Source: Phoronis australis
Taxonomy: Eukaryota > Animalia > Phoronida
Length of the DNA stretch: 64,000 bases
Assembly (NCBI GenBank): GCA_002633005.1
Contig: NMRA01000094.1
Location: 932,034-996,033 of the forward strand
Direction: 5' to 3'
Both the position numbers and the translations under genes were made by a program. Positions 51,120 through 64,000 of this stretch are shown here, piece after piece. Within the stretch, counting starts at the first letter, position 1. Every line of letters starts with the position of its first letter. Below the pieces are notes generated by a model that saw only the letters and a program-made list of their open reading frames with translations, was not told the DNA's origin and did not search any database.

Positions 51120-52318
51120 GAAAGCGCTCTGAGGAGCGAAACTTGGCAAAATTAACCAAAAACATGACGATAAAGATGATGACGAATATGACGAATACGA
51201 CGACGATGGTGGGGAGGATGAACAAAAGAAGTAATAATAACATACACATGACGAACGTAGAAGTCCGAAATCAGTAAGAAAAAGGCTAGTCTTCAGCGAC
51301 ACTTGGCGAAATTAACGGAAAAGACAACGACGGAGATGATGACGAATATGATGATGGTGGTGGCGATGATGAACAACATCACAACATTCATATGACGAAC
51401 TTAGATGTCATAAATCAATAAGAAATAGGCTACAGTCTACTTCAATAGAAGATAAACCAACATCAATGCAGCAAGAGTGCTCAACAAAGGAACAGCGTTA
51501 TCAGAAAATCTAAAATAACTCGAAAAGTAGACGTCCTAGCGAAAAATGGAAAACATCTTCTGAAAGCCCATTCAAAATTCTATCTAAAGTGATGGTATGG
51601 CCTAATTCCGTAACTTTTTCGAAAAAAATGAAATTTTGCATTTTTTTTAAAGAAATTCAAAGTCAAATAACTCGAAAACGGTAAGTGTGAGAAAAAAATT
51701 GTTGCAGGCCATTTGAAAGACTATACTTCAAAGAATCTACATGCAAAAAATCACGTCTTTTTCTCTTCCCGTTTAACATCGCACTCCAGACGACTGAAAA
51801 TGGGTCAACATTTGCCATATCCGCCATCTTGAAAGCAACTTCCGGTTTTTGGGCTTTGTATAATAGCATGTTACAAGAAACTAATACCTGTAAAAATTCG
51901 AAGGAATTGGTCTTATAATACGCCCTCTAGAGGAGAAAACGTTTTTAGGCCAAAATCGAGGTGCGCATGCGCGATCGCCGATATTTCCGCCATCTTTAAC
52001 CGGAAGTAAACATTTTCCGGTATACTTGTAGAAAATTTCCGGTCCATTTACTGTGCCGATTCTGAGCTTTTTACGTAAAAAATTGTAGCCTCCAGAAGCA
52101 TTTGAACCTTTAAATGGAAACAAAATGGCCACCACAGTCGCCATCTTGGATCCGATTTTGACGAAAAACAATAGGCTTCCAGTACTTCCGGAAGTACGTG
52201 TTATGTGTAAATTTCGTGATGATCAGACGAAAATTGCGACCTGTATCGTGCGAACAAACAAAAAAACAAACTTAGTGTCAGAGCAACATACTTGGCGAAA
52301 TTTATTTCGCCAAGTAAT
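51120..52318 (-). mobile_element. Non-autonomous Helentron/HINE-like element, apparently complete copy
   Basis: 12-bp perfect hairpin tacttggcgaaa-ttta-tttcgccaagta (52289-52316) at one end. The same acttggc(g/a)aaa motif plus a small cgctc/gagcg hairpin lies at the other end. The body is homologous to 18620-20800. Confidence 0.68.
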
Positions 52319-52964
52319 AATCAAGCTCTACTTTGTAATGCCGCTCAAGCACACAAAAACAATGTTGCAATGTAACAGGCATGGAGTGTGGGCGCTTACA
52401 GCCATTTATGAAGTTGGTCATGTACAAGTCAAGACCTCAAGATGTTCAGTAATATTTTTATCTCAATAGCCTCTGAGACCATAGCTCTTACAGGCATGTG
52501 CCACCCAACTAATGTTGTTTATACACTGTTTGAATAAGTTTATGACTCTATGACCACATCAGTTCATGCTTTTCGACCTCACCGAGCCGAGAGCTGTTTT
52601 GCTAATGTGTGAGGAAAGTGAGGACACAAAACGATGACCTCAATAAATTGCGCCATGAATTTGTTTTGCTAGTTTTGTGGTGCCTGTATCAAAGTTGTGT
52701 CTGCTTTCAAGTTAATCTTGCAGTGAAAGCTTTGGAGTGTTCCTGACTACAAATATGTTCAAAAACGACCATGAATAGATTATAATGCTTTCCTCGCTTT
52801 CCACGTGCTAAAATTTTAAACACAGAAAAAGTAGGAAAAGTAGGAACACTTCCAAGAAGTAACAGGAAGTAGGAAAACATGAAGCCAAGGGAGGCATGAA
52901 GAGATGTGTCAACCCTGGTCTTCAAATTGTGCTCTCATAACATCCATGGATATGTCATATCACC

Positions 52965-53283
52965 AACATGAGTGGCCACCAACATGACCATCGTGAGTGA
53001 CCAGCAACCTGACCATCGTGAGTGACCACCAAACTGACCATCATGAGCGACCACCAACCCATCATGAGTGACCAGCAACCTGACCATCATGAGTGGGCAC
53101 CAAACTGACCATCGTGAGTGACCAGCAACCTGACCATCGTGAGTCACCACCAACCTGACAATCATGAGTGACCACCAATCTGACCATCATGAGTGACTGG
53201 CAACCTGACCTTCATGGATGACCAGCAACCTGACCATCATGACTGACCACCAACCTGACCATCATGAGTGACTAGCAACCTGA
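52965..53283. repeat. 25-bp minisatellite, about 13 copies
   Basis: Unit tgaccatcatgagtgaccagcaacc. Confidence 0.93.
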
Positions 53284-56200
53284 ATGTGCCTCCAAAATTA
53301 CAACAAGGTAAAATCAACCCTAGTAAAAGTTGCTTCCAAAGCTATATATATATATATAATAGTTTCAGTCACAATAAGACAAATGAAACTTGATACATTT
53401 TATTTCCCTTTCACAGTAGTGGAACTGATCTTTGCAACCCCTTTGAAAAGCCTCTAAGCTAATGTTTGCAGGAGACTGACCACAGAGGTGCATAAAGGCT
53501 GAACAGAACACAAACACATGGGTTAGTCATTGGCAGTTTACTGATAAAATAACACAATAAGACTTCAACCCACAAAGACTGACTGTGGGGTAAATCTTCA
53601 CCAATCTTGGGGCTTTCTATAGGAGATTAAGTCAACACAAAATTTCTGGCAATCTTTGTGGTTTATTGCCCCAGCTGTTGTCACAGGGATTACTATTAGT
53701 GAATAAATTAGGAAGGTATGACAGGACAGGTGTTAAGATGGGCAGTTATTAAATGATCAATCAAGGTGTATTAACAAACCAAGAGACACCAATGCCTTTT
53801 CGACAAACAAAAATGATCCGTTTTATTGCCAACTCCAAAAACGAGCAAATTATGTGGCAAAGTGGGTAATCTGGCATGTAACAACATAAATCAAAAATGT
53901 GCAATAAACGAAACCTTCAAACAGACAAAATTTGCTACATTTCTATCTCGCCAGGAGTCTTCCATTCACTAGATATAGCTTTCAATGTTAATAAATTCAA
54001 ATAAATTTAGAAATGTAGGCCTCCAGAACTAAATTTACAGTTAAACCTTAACAAGTCATAATATCAATATGGACAACACCTGAAACTTTATATTCCCATT
54101 TTTCACCTACAATACACAGCATCATGTTCAAACTTGGCATGTTACCTACCAGAACACAAATGTATTAGAAGAATTTGAAATTGAGAACAAGGCAATTATA
54201 TTTGTCACACAAATTTGGCGACACTTTACCATAGGCACAGGATTCAGCTGGTCAGTGGTCAAACAAGTATTGGCTAAGTATTCAGCAGGTCAGTGGTCAA
54301 GCAAGTATTGGTCAAGTATTAACAAATGTGGCAGCCTATGGATTGGATTTTACTTAAAGAGCTTAAAACCACAATTTACCACGTTTTGACAAGTGACTAC
54401 TTTGCCAGCTTCACTAAACCTTCCTTTATAGCAATGCGTATCACAGTCGCAAATTCAATATCCTAAAAAACGAGAAAAACTAAAGTCTCTTAGCTCCACT
54501 GACATGAGTGTGACATATGAACAGAACCAGTGTCAGTGTGTTTTGTCCACCAACATATGAGCTTATTGAACAAATGTGTGCCATATCTGCGCTTTTCCGA
54601 TGTCCCGCGGCAAAGTGACAAGAGTCACGAAGTAAAATACTAATTTTTCACTACAACCACAAACCCAAGGCCTCACCGTTCCTCATTATACCATAAAGCA
54701 CGGAAACTGAGCTACAATATCTGACGACTTTTCTCACTAAACACAATGGAGAGTGACTAGTGCTGTGATTGGTGGCTCGATTTTATGTAGTATGTATCGA
54801 TGAATAAATGCTCGTACATCGAAATCAGCTGATTAACATCCTGTCAGATAGTCTGAATGGGTGTTCTAATTTGATGGTTTATTGACTGGTGCGGTTGTTC
54901 TTTGGTGCTTTTGATACCAAACTGGTGATTTTAAGCACTTTAAAGTGAAAACACAATGACAAGCCTACTAATGTTTTACTCCACCGCATGTAAGTAAAAG
55001 ATAAACCAAGCCAACGACAGAATTCTGTTGCATTCAACACTGTGCACGCCAGATATACCAAGAATGTGAACACAGAAAATCTCAAAAATTAGGCTATGTG
55101 TGAGTGTTGGAAAGTGAGCTTATAGAAGTCTGTTTGGCCATCTACATATTATGGCCAGAGTTGTCACTTCAGTCGCAAGAATTTAAGTACCTGTATTAAA
55201 AAGATTGATCAGAATGCAGAAGAGTTGGTTGTATGCATTTTGGGAGCCAACGACAAGAACATTGATGACAGTAGTCAACTTTAAGGTACCACAAGTTTTA
55301 AATGTGTCAAATAAATTGGGCGCACAACTGAGTATGGGCGTTTACCTGGATGGGGGCTCTTCTACGGTATTACAACCAGATAAGTATGGTAAACCATACA
55401 CTGCTATGTTTCAAATCTCATTACTTCTCATATTTATCATTTTGTCTTTGTATAAATTACTGAAAATTAAGAACAATGCAATTGTCCTGTTCAACCTACA
55501 ACCGAGGGCGTTGTCCCCTGTCTCTACATTCCTGCTTCAATTTCTTAACCCTCAGTCACAGTCCAACAAACACCAAACCTGTATCACAAATTCCATACCT
55601 GTGCCCCTGAACTCTACACGTCCCCAAAATACACCAAACCCACGAGCCAAACTCCAGGCCTGGACCAGGAATCTGAGCCCTGGGTATGAAGTTTGGTTAC
55701 CTTGTATGGAGTTTCATCAAGTGAGAGCACTGCTAGTTGGAAACTGGAGTTAAGTAGAGGATTGAAACTGTAATTCAGAGGCATTGTTTTGGAATCATTT
55801 CTAACCCCTTCATAACTAAATTGGAATTAACAACAAAACGTTCTGTGTGTGTTAGCTTAACTTCCGAATGTCTGAATTGTGTGAGTAACGACAAGCTAAA
55901 TTGGTAATTTTTGAAAATTGCTGCCACTTACTAATTTACAAGGTGCTAACAAGGGGTGATAGGGTTGAGACTTTGGCATGTAGATAAATATGGTCACGAT
56001 AACACCTATTATCTACAACATGACTTCTGCACAGACGGACATGATTGATGTGACTTTTATGAATGACATGATTTATGTGACTTTTATGAATGACATATGA
56101 ACACGCCTCCAACTATAAGTGAAGTTGTCAAGTAACTGATGCAGAAAATATATAAAAAAATAAAAAATCATCTCTGGTCAAATTTCTTGAAGCACCTTCA

Positions 56201-56801
56201 TTGACAGCATGAAGAGCTTAGAAGTATAACAGGACTGAATACTATAAAGCCAACTTATCAGCCGTTATGAAACGGCAACTGAATTCTATCCCATAATTCA
56301 CCATTTCAACCTCACCGACCAATCACTATAAAGGCCACCAGTTTGTTATGTTATGCTAGTAAGGTCTCAAGTATGCTCGTGAAACACTCGCCTTTTACTA
56401 ACATGATTTTGTGGGGTCTTGCTTTTCTCGCCAGAAACTTGGTCTAAGGAACGAAGCTCAGAATTAGTGCTGCCAATACAATAAAGAAAATTTGAGTCTG
56501 AGCACCAAAGCAATACACAACTGTGAACAAATTTATTAATCACAGCTGTATGCAACACTCATTGACCCTTATTGACCAGTCATCCAGGTCACAGTTTTAG
56601 TTTCCATCTTCCTTCATCAAGTTTTCATTAATAGCAACTTTAATTCAACAGTAAAAAGCACCTTAAATTATGTACATTACACAAACACTATCATCATGTA
56701 TATGCTTAGGTCTACTGATCAGAGACAAACAAAATTATTTCTATGTCCTGTATGTCACATAAATTCTTTCAACCATTGTCAATAATTAGTGATAGACTCA
56801 C

Positions 56802-57384
56802 CTTGTTAGTTAGGGATGCTAAATCTTGAAGTCTTAATCTTGTGTGAATGAGAGCATCGTAGACTGCGCAGATGCCTAGCACCGTCACTCCCTGTTCTTT
56901 AGTGAACATGCTGGCACCAGTCAACAAGCCAGACAGGGCCAGAAACATCCACTTGCACACCCCGGGTCCCATATTGCTATCACGTGTTCGGCAGTATGCA
57001 ATGTAGCATTCTAAGGCTAACAAAAAGAACATGCAAGCTCCGATATCGGCACGACCTACAATCCCGGCCACAGCCTCTGTGTGAATAGGATGACTAGCGA
57101 ATAAGAGGCCTGCAACCCATCGTGACATGTCATTGTTCAGGAAATGTCTGGCAACATGAACAAAGAGACCAGTCACGACAGCATGCAACAGGATGTTACC
57201 GAGATGATAGCCCAGAGGGTGGAGTCCTCCCAACATGTAGTTGAGACGAAATGTGAGAACACACAGTGGTCGGTAGGACTTGTGAGACCCACTGTGGGTG
57301 AGTGGCGTGCCCCAGAAGTCATCGTAGAACACGTTGACAAGGGGGGTTTCTGGAAGGAGGTCAGGGTTCTTCTGTATGGCACGG
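56802..57384 (-). CDS. TMTC2: TMTC2 second exon (N-terminal GT-C membrane domain)
   Basis: Acceptor ttcatttcAG, donor GTGAGT. (S)RAIQKNPDLLPETPLVNVFYDDFWGTPLTHSGSHKSYRPLCVLTFRLN...HPIHTEAVAGIVGRAD...KEQGVTVL. The exon with the start and the catalytic DD motif was not found and probably lies beyond 64000. Confidence 0.97.
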
Positions 57385-58005
57385 CTGAAATGAAGAGAGC
57401 AGAGTTGAAATATTATCCAGTAATAATTCTCCAGTATTGGACAGAATATGAAGGACAAACATAATGCCATTATGTCAAAATCTTCAACATGATTTGTTAA
57501 GAAAATCTCAAGAAAATTTTCCCAAGGCTTGCGCTGCTGTTAGTGTAAGCAGTCATTGAAAAATGGATTAGTTTGTCACAAATTGACGAACTTCAATAAA
57601 CATTGCAAATCAGAAACTGCAAATCAAGCATGAACAATCCAACAACGTTCAAACAGTGAACTTGTCATGATTTGTAAAGTAGTGAACAACTAAAGGAAAT
57701 GAATGAATGACATCATCCAGATAGTAATAAGAGTCTGTTGCCTACTATGATTCTCTTCATTTCATCACTGACTTTGGAGGGACTATCTTGTCTGTTTTGA
57801 TCACCAAGGCTGTACAATAAGCATAACACGCAGGATAGAATTTAAATGTATGCTTTTCATGTTTAACTTGAAATACTTTGCCAATAAATGCAAAAACTAA
57901 GATAGCTGTACTTAAAAGCAGCTATACCGTTAACCCACCATGTGTCACAAAACCTAACTTTTGAACCAACTGCCTTCAAGAAATTGGTCTCAAAATCTCC
58001 CTTAA

Positions 58006-59078
58006 AGGCCTTTCCCACTGCCTCCGAAACTTTTGGTATTAACAAATCTTCAGTCAGTGGGAACACTTAACTTCGGTCTCTTATCAAAGCTAACAGCGCT
58101 AGTTAACTTCAAAGTAAAGAGGTGGATTTAACAATGAAGCGTCACCACTTCAGTGTAATGAGAACACTTAACTTCGACGACATCAGAGTTATCGGTNGAT
58201 AGCTGTACTTAAAAGCAGCTATACCGTTAACCCACCATGTGTCACAAAACCTAACTTTTGAACCAACTGCCTTCAAGAAATTGGTCTCAAAATCTCCCTT
58301 AAAGGCCTTTCCCACTGCCTCCGAAACTTTTGGTATTAACAAATCTTCAGTCAGTGGGAACACTTAACTTCGGTCTCTTATCAAAGCTAACAGCGCTAGT
58401 TAACTTCAAAGTAAAGAGGTGGATTTAACAATGAAGCGTCACCACTTCAGTGTAATGAGAACACTTAACTTCGATGGCATCAGAGTTATCGGTAGGTGTC
58501 ACTGTGTTTGCCAACAGCGGGCAGCAACTGGTTAATACTTGTAATATTTTGTTCCAGTATTTGTTATTTTGGCAGACGATTATAAGCATTCTGTTCCAAT
58601 TTGTCCAAGTGCTTGCTGGATACTTTGCTTCAAAAATAATAAAAAATTACTGAACGCTTTGCGTATGCAAAACAAGTTCCTGCCAAATGTCAGACCGCCT
58701 TTACACGGATCTGCTGCAAGCCACAAGACTCCCAATTTTCTGTTAAAATGTAGTCAATCTTCTTTATCTCAATGTGGCAACCGTAGGTTGTCTTCTGAAG
58801 TTTACGCTCTCGTCTTTGTGTGGGAAAGGCCTTTGCCATTTTTGATGACAAGGACAAAAACAGTAAAGCCGTACAAACATATACAGACCCAATGAAATAA
58901 ATTAATTAACATATATAAATATATGTACATGTATAGCTTATTGTACAGGCCAAGATCATATTGGCGCCACCTTACAATAACTTCGCTGATCTATAACTGC
59001 AAAGTTGATGTGAACACTCACGCTCAATTTCGGGGTAAGCTTCAATTGTAGCGAAATGAACTGTATGGGAAAGGGCCT
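58006..59078. mobile_element. PIF/Harbinger-like MITE, copy 2 (left part duplicated across the N)
   Basis: aggcctttccc...gggaaagggcct with TAA/TTA flanks; homologous to 6770-7459. Confidence 0.65.
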
Positions 59079-59380
59079 TTAGTGAAATTATTTTAGGTGA
59101 TTTCTGAACTAGGAAAATCTTACAATTGGTTATTACTGAAAACCAGACTTTACAAGTTGGCTGGTCACGTTAGGTAAAATGTGTGAATCATGGTGTCAAC
59201 CCATAACTCTCAGTTATTGAGAAAGCCAAAAAAATCACTTCTCATCTGAGTAACGCACCTGTAGAGATTCATTTTATAGCGGTGAGTTATAAAGCAGTAT
59301 TTTGTCTTCGAATGTGTCCAGTGCCTATGTTATTTCAAAATAGACAACATAAATTTTAGATCTTCAAATGAAGCCTTTAA

Positions 59381-61269
59381 AGGTGAATGCCACCTGATTT
59401 AATTAGTCTTTTTTACCGCCTTAATCGGTCTATATCCGCATCACCTCGTATACGATCGATCTTACCTCGCCGAGAGGTGTCGCGCTAACCTGTGAGGAAG
59501 GTGAGAAACGACGTGACGTCAGTGGTTCTTCGGCAGAGTGAGTGCCGCTATTGTGTGGTATATCATTCCCATTTGTGCAAACTATGAAGCAGCGAGGAAA
59601 GCGGTTATATCGCTTTTTCGATTTCCTCGAGAGCCCATAATGCTTCGAAAGTGGCTCGTGGTAGTGAAGAATGAAAAGTCCGCCATTAATACCAAGTATG
59701 AGGCCGTGAAACTTCTCCGGGTCTGTCAGTGGCCTGCACTTCCTCGGATCGGTTGCTAATCAGTTTTTGATTATGGAGTATTGTAGTTGGCCATGAAAAC
59801 ATAAACAATTACAAATAATTCAAGGTGTGAGAACATATAACCTCTTTGATGCCTGACTAGTTCGTTAGGCTTCCGTTTAGTGCTCTTGGTGTAGGATGGT
59901 AGTCGCCACTTCTTTTTCTCAGCCCTAAAAAACGTCGTAAGCACACTTTTTTTAGATGCGGTGCAAAATCAGGATGGTCCGTGAGACAGATCTGCACTTT
60001 TCCAAGAATTCATTTCACTTACAGAATTTCGTGGCAGCAAACGCAAGCATCAATTGTTCCATTATTGTGCAGTTAGCTCACTGACACCGTGATAAAATCA
60101 AATGGTTTTTGAAACTATTCATATGTTCTGTTGTCTGTGCACGTTCACGGAGCCTCTCTATGATTTCTTGATCAGTGTATTCCTGTGAAACTTAACAATC
60201 GACCTGTGAAGTCTTCGTCGGATGAGCACCCGTCTAAGTCGGGATTGCAAGTTGCCATGTTGACATTTATATTGTGCGTTCTGTTTCCGAAATGAATTAT
60301 TCTCACTCTACCCAATGTTTATATCAAACTGTAACAAAGACTGTCTCATTAGATACAATTTGTAATACCTTGGAGTGCTCATGAGTGCAAATGTTTTGAG
60401 AAGCCAGCAATGAATAAATTACTGCATCACTGGCTTTAGATGCAATAAACGGCGGCTGATTGACCGCGGGCACCGAGGCCCGGTGTGAGCACATGCTAAT
60501 TCAGTGTTTGCTGACAGAAAGCTGTGGTGAAACAATAACTCCAGCTTATATCCTATGGTCAGATGTTAGGAGAATCTTTATTTAGATATTCATATACATT
60601 ATTCCAAATCATTGTTTCTGTACAACTTTTGCCCTGACGGTTCTGTGGAAGAGTAACCTGACTTGGCGAACTGGTAAGTAGATTTGCAGTTTTGCGGCCA
60701 ATTCACTAAATTAATCCGCCTGTACATTTTTTCTTTGGCTCACTAGTATAGTTTTTTTGTTACTAGAAGTTTAGTTTCTAACTTTGGCTGGTTTATGTTC
60801 ATAATGTCTTTAATCCAGCCGGCGCGAGATGGGCCTGATCAGGTTCCGAGCCTTTGGCCGGGATAGCAAGCATTTTGTGTGTTTAGAACTGAAAAAATCG
60901 CAAGTCTAAAATTACGGTACGCAGCCATGTTCTCCAGTCTGTATTTCATGGAAGAATAATTTGAATTTATCACCAAACAGACCCCAAACTCCCACGACCG
61001 ATCTTGAGGTAAATTGGCCTACTGAAGTTTTACATCGAATTTTGATGATTTATTGGTGTAAAACTAAAACGATGAATTCAAGCGACAACCTGACACCAGT
61101 AACCATGTTGTGAACTGCTGAACAGACTGCATTCGAACCTCTGACATCATTGGTTAATTTCAACACCTCCATCTGCCGTCAGGTAAAAGAACTGTACTTG
61201 CTGTTATCGAGTGTAACTACTTGATCTAAATTGAAACAAAATAGGTTGTTTTTTGGGTGGCATTCTCCT
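59381..61269. mobile_element. Decayed Kolobok-like DNA transposon (TTAA TSD, AGG-initiated TIR)
   Basis: TTAA|aggtgaatgccacc...ggtggcattctcct|TTAA. It holds a THAP remnant on + (IPICAN...SLFRFP...RKW...RVC/GLHF, 59555-59745) and a P2X7-C-terminus-like remnant on - (CVCCHEI...CLTDHPDF, about 59960-60045). Confidence 0.8.
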
Positions 61270-64000
61270 TTAAGGATAATATAAGACAGTTCGTCTGGTA
61301 AAAATTTTATATGTCAAAGAGGTATTGAAATATTGCAGGTGACCTCAGATTCAATTTATTATAGCAGGTTAATGCCACCTGGATAACATTTCATTTTCAG
61401 GCTAGTGTGTCTTCATCTTACATAGGACTGAGGCTATATCATGATTTTTTGTTTTAAAAAACATCACGCATTGGATATGATTACATATGTTGTGAATAGA
61501 GATTATTATATGATCGGCTTGTTTCTACAAATGAATGAAATTCAACCCAACCACAGTAACAAGACTGCACTTTGGATATGTGACAAACACTGAAATGAAA
61601 TAACTTTTATAAGTGCACTGATGAATAAATTACAGATTGCTGCTGCGGCCGGTAAAGTTTCAATGACTGAAAAGTCTAAATTCATGCCTTAAAAAAGTCA
61701 CACCCTTGTTTAACATCATGTGACAATCATTTTATGTAAAAATTGTAACTTTTGCCTCGAACATGAATATCCAAAAACCTGAAAAATTACTTTGTATTAA
61801 AGCTGTATGTTATTAGTGTGAATACACAGCACTATGAAAATCGCCAGGTCGCATTTTGCGACTTAGCCAAAATTCCAGCTCACATTTTCAGAATCCACCT
61901 CGCATTCATAAATGCTAGGTCGCAAAAATTTCTGCCATTTTTACGTGCCAAAATGGACTTTTTAGATCATCGAGAAAATGTTTATATTATGCTGTTACCT
62001 CCGTAAAATTGAGTTCTTACATTCAGATACAGCATTACTGTTTTTCACGACTGCCATTGAAAGGCTCTAGAGCGCAAGGCAAGTTGCCAACGTGCATGCA
62101 TTCAAGTAGCTAAGCTTGCAATGTAAAAATGGCGGAAATACTTGTTGAAAAAGTATTCACGAATTTGTTAGGTTTGTCATCAAAATCGTTAAAGATTCAA
62201 ATTAACTCCGAGTGCAAATCCTTTCACTTTTTGTTTACAGACCAAGCTTTGCAAATTAAACAACTTTTGCAAGACATCCAGTAGCAGAAAATATTAGCCA
62301 ATGAAACACGTCTGCATTTTTCCATGTTCAGGCAACATGCTTAGAAGTCATCGGGAGGGTTGTTCTCCTTTAGTGTTCTTTTGAACTTGATTTAGAAACA
62401 ACCAAATAATGGTCGGATTCACACAAGCTGCTTTATATTTGTCAGGTATCTGCCGAGAACTGTAAAAACTCAGCTTGTGTACGAAATTCCAGGTCGCATT
62501 TTGCGACTTGATACGAGCTGGCAAAAATCAGCTCGCATTTCCAAATTTCAGGTCACAAATGCGACATCCAGCTCGTTATGTACAGGGAACCGTATCTCAA
62601 ATTTTTTGTTTATCAGCGAAGTCTTCTGTTGTTCAAAGGAAAAACAAAAATATGAGCCAAAAAATCCTCAGGCGTAAATTTTCAGACGAATCGACCACAC
62701 AATGGTACGTAATGCTGTAAAGGCCTGAAAATGGCTGACAAAGATTCATAACTGAAGTTAACAGAATTCATTCCAAATTAGTTGTATATTTCATGAGTTT
62801 TGTGAAATAGCAATGAAAATACAGATACAATTTTATACAATACGTGAATATCTAGTTTTTGAAAAACTTCACATCTGGGTGTCCAAGGATGTTGATTAGT
62901 CCTCCTTTACTGGTTTCTACTGTGTGTCAAGAGACAACAAAATGTGTATAAATTAGCTTACAAAGTATGGTAGGTTGACATGGTTGTATTTTCACTGCAA
63001 TCCTTTCTAAAGCCACAATGATAGAGGTCAACATTTAAACCTCTTCAAGTCTAGTCACAACAACAAATCCCTTTTAAATGTCAACTTTATGGGTGCAAAT
63101 TAAAACTTAATTTTTTCTCACCCAATATTTGCACATTGGTATGCAAACACACAGGGTATTGGTTATCCACTTGGACAGAGACTGGGAGTGTATGAGTCAG
63201 AAATGATTGAATTATTCTATGGCTCAATGTACTAACTTTCCGATCAATAATGCCCCATTACTCGAAATAAACCTTACAAATTGTTTTCTAAGTGAAAGTA
63301 GTTTATGCGATAAAGTTGCCTAAAATTCAAACAAAAATAATTGCTAAAATCGTTTTTCCAACTTTTAAAAGCTAACTGTATAAACAAAACGCTTGAATTT
63401 TCTTGCGTATATGTTGATGACAGTTGTAGGATATAAACTTTGGAATTGATGAAGTGAAGTTTTTTTCCTGCTTACTTTTGTTGAAAATTTTGATAAAATA
63501 ATTAATCAGTGTTCGGTCATAATGTGTTCTAAAGTAAATAAACTTAACCCTAACTGAAATATTTTTCAAATTTATGTAAAAACTAAACAGATTTTAAGAC
63601 CATGTTAAAGAACACGTTTAGTGATTATTCCTAAATTTAAAGCAACCAACAATAACAAACAGCACAAACCTTGAAAATTAAGATGCCAGAAGCATTTAGA
63701 GAGAACATTAGTATCCGCCAGAGTCAGGTATGACATCATAAGGTCACCATCAAAGTCAGGTGTGACATCATAAGGTCACCATCAAAGTAAGGTGTGACAT
63801 CGTAAGTGTCTAATGTACAGTATCATTCAGCTCATTATAAGTTTGAAACTACAGATGACACTGCTGTACTCATCCAGATTAATGTCCACATAACTAATGT
63901 CCAAGCAGCAAGTGTCACAGCAACTTGTGTCCAGGAAACTAAAAACAAGAGCAACACGGAGTGTTGAAATGCACCCATGAACGCACTGCAAACCGTGTGA

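Noticed and set aside
55205-55753. 182-aa ORF on +
   Set aside because: TTG start, antisense within a TMTC2 intron, and no recognisable motif or splice context.
57901-58493. 296-bp direct duplication giving two identical ORFs (MFPLTEDLLIPK...)
   Set aside because: The copies are separated by a single N (58197) and differ by only about 2 bases; this is typical of an unmerged contig or haplotype overlap.
61840-62595. Twice-repeated ccaggtcgcattttgcgactt, possible MITE
   Set aside because: Could not define convincing termini or a TSD.

Overview
AT-rich eukaryotic (metazoan, probably invertebrate deuterostome-like; the species cannot be determined from sequence alone) genomic DNA with GT-AG spliceosomal introns and scaffold gaps (N at 9872, 49526-49802, 58197). 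It holds three multi-exon genes reconstructed by hand with consistent exon phases. (1) The last six exons of an ABCB1/MDR-type P-glycoprotein (+, 799-7762). (2) An uncharacterised gene of about 309 aa (+, about 12891-26096). It carries a YAP/FAM181-like TEAD-binding omega-loop motif (IPMRQRALPQSFWQQP) and an AT-hook-like RRGRPKK, has no in-frame AUG in its first coding exon, and has a CUG in strong Kozak context. (3) TMTC2, a protein O-mannosyltransferase (-, 57384-32956, 12 exons; first exon not found in the window). Introns contain several mobile elements: a 1.4 kb CAC-ended element with a 5-bp TSD, a decayed Kolobok-like element with THAP and KolX-like remnants, Helentron/HINE-like elements, Harbinger-like and hAT-like MITEs, a Penelope GIY-YIG fragment and tRNA-derived SINE heads. 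The most striking pattern is that many unrelated minisatellites are anchored at splice sites. Several are tandem copies of the exon-intron junction itself, producing arrays of decoy donors or acceptors in all three genes.
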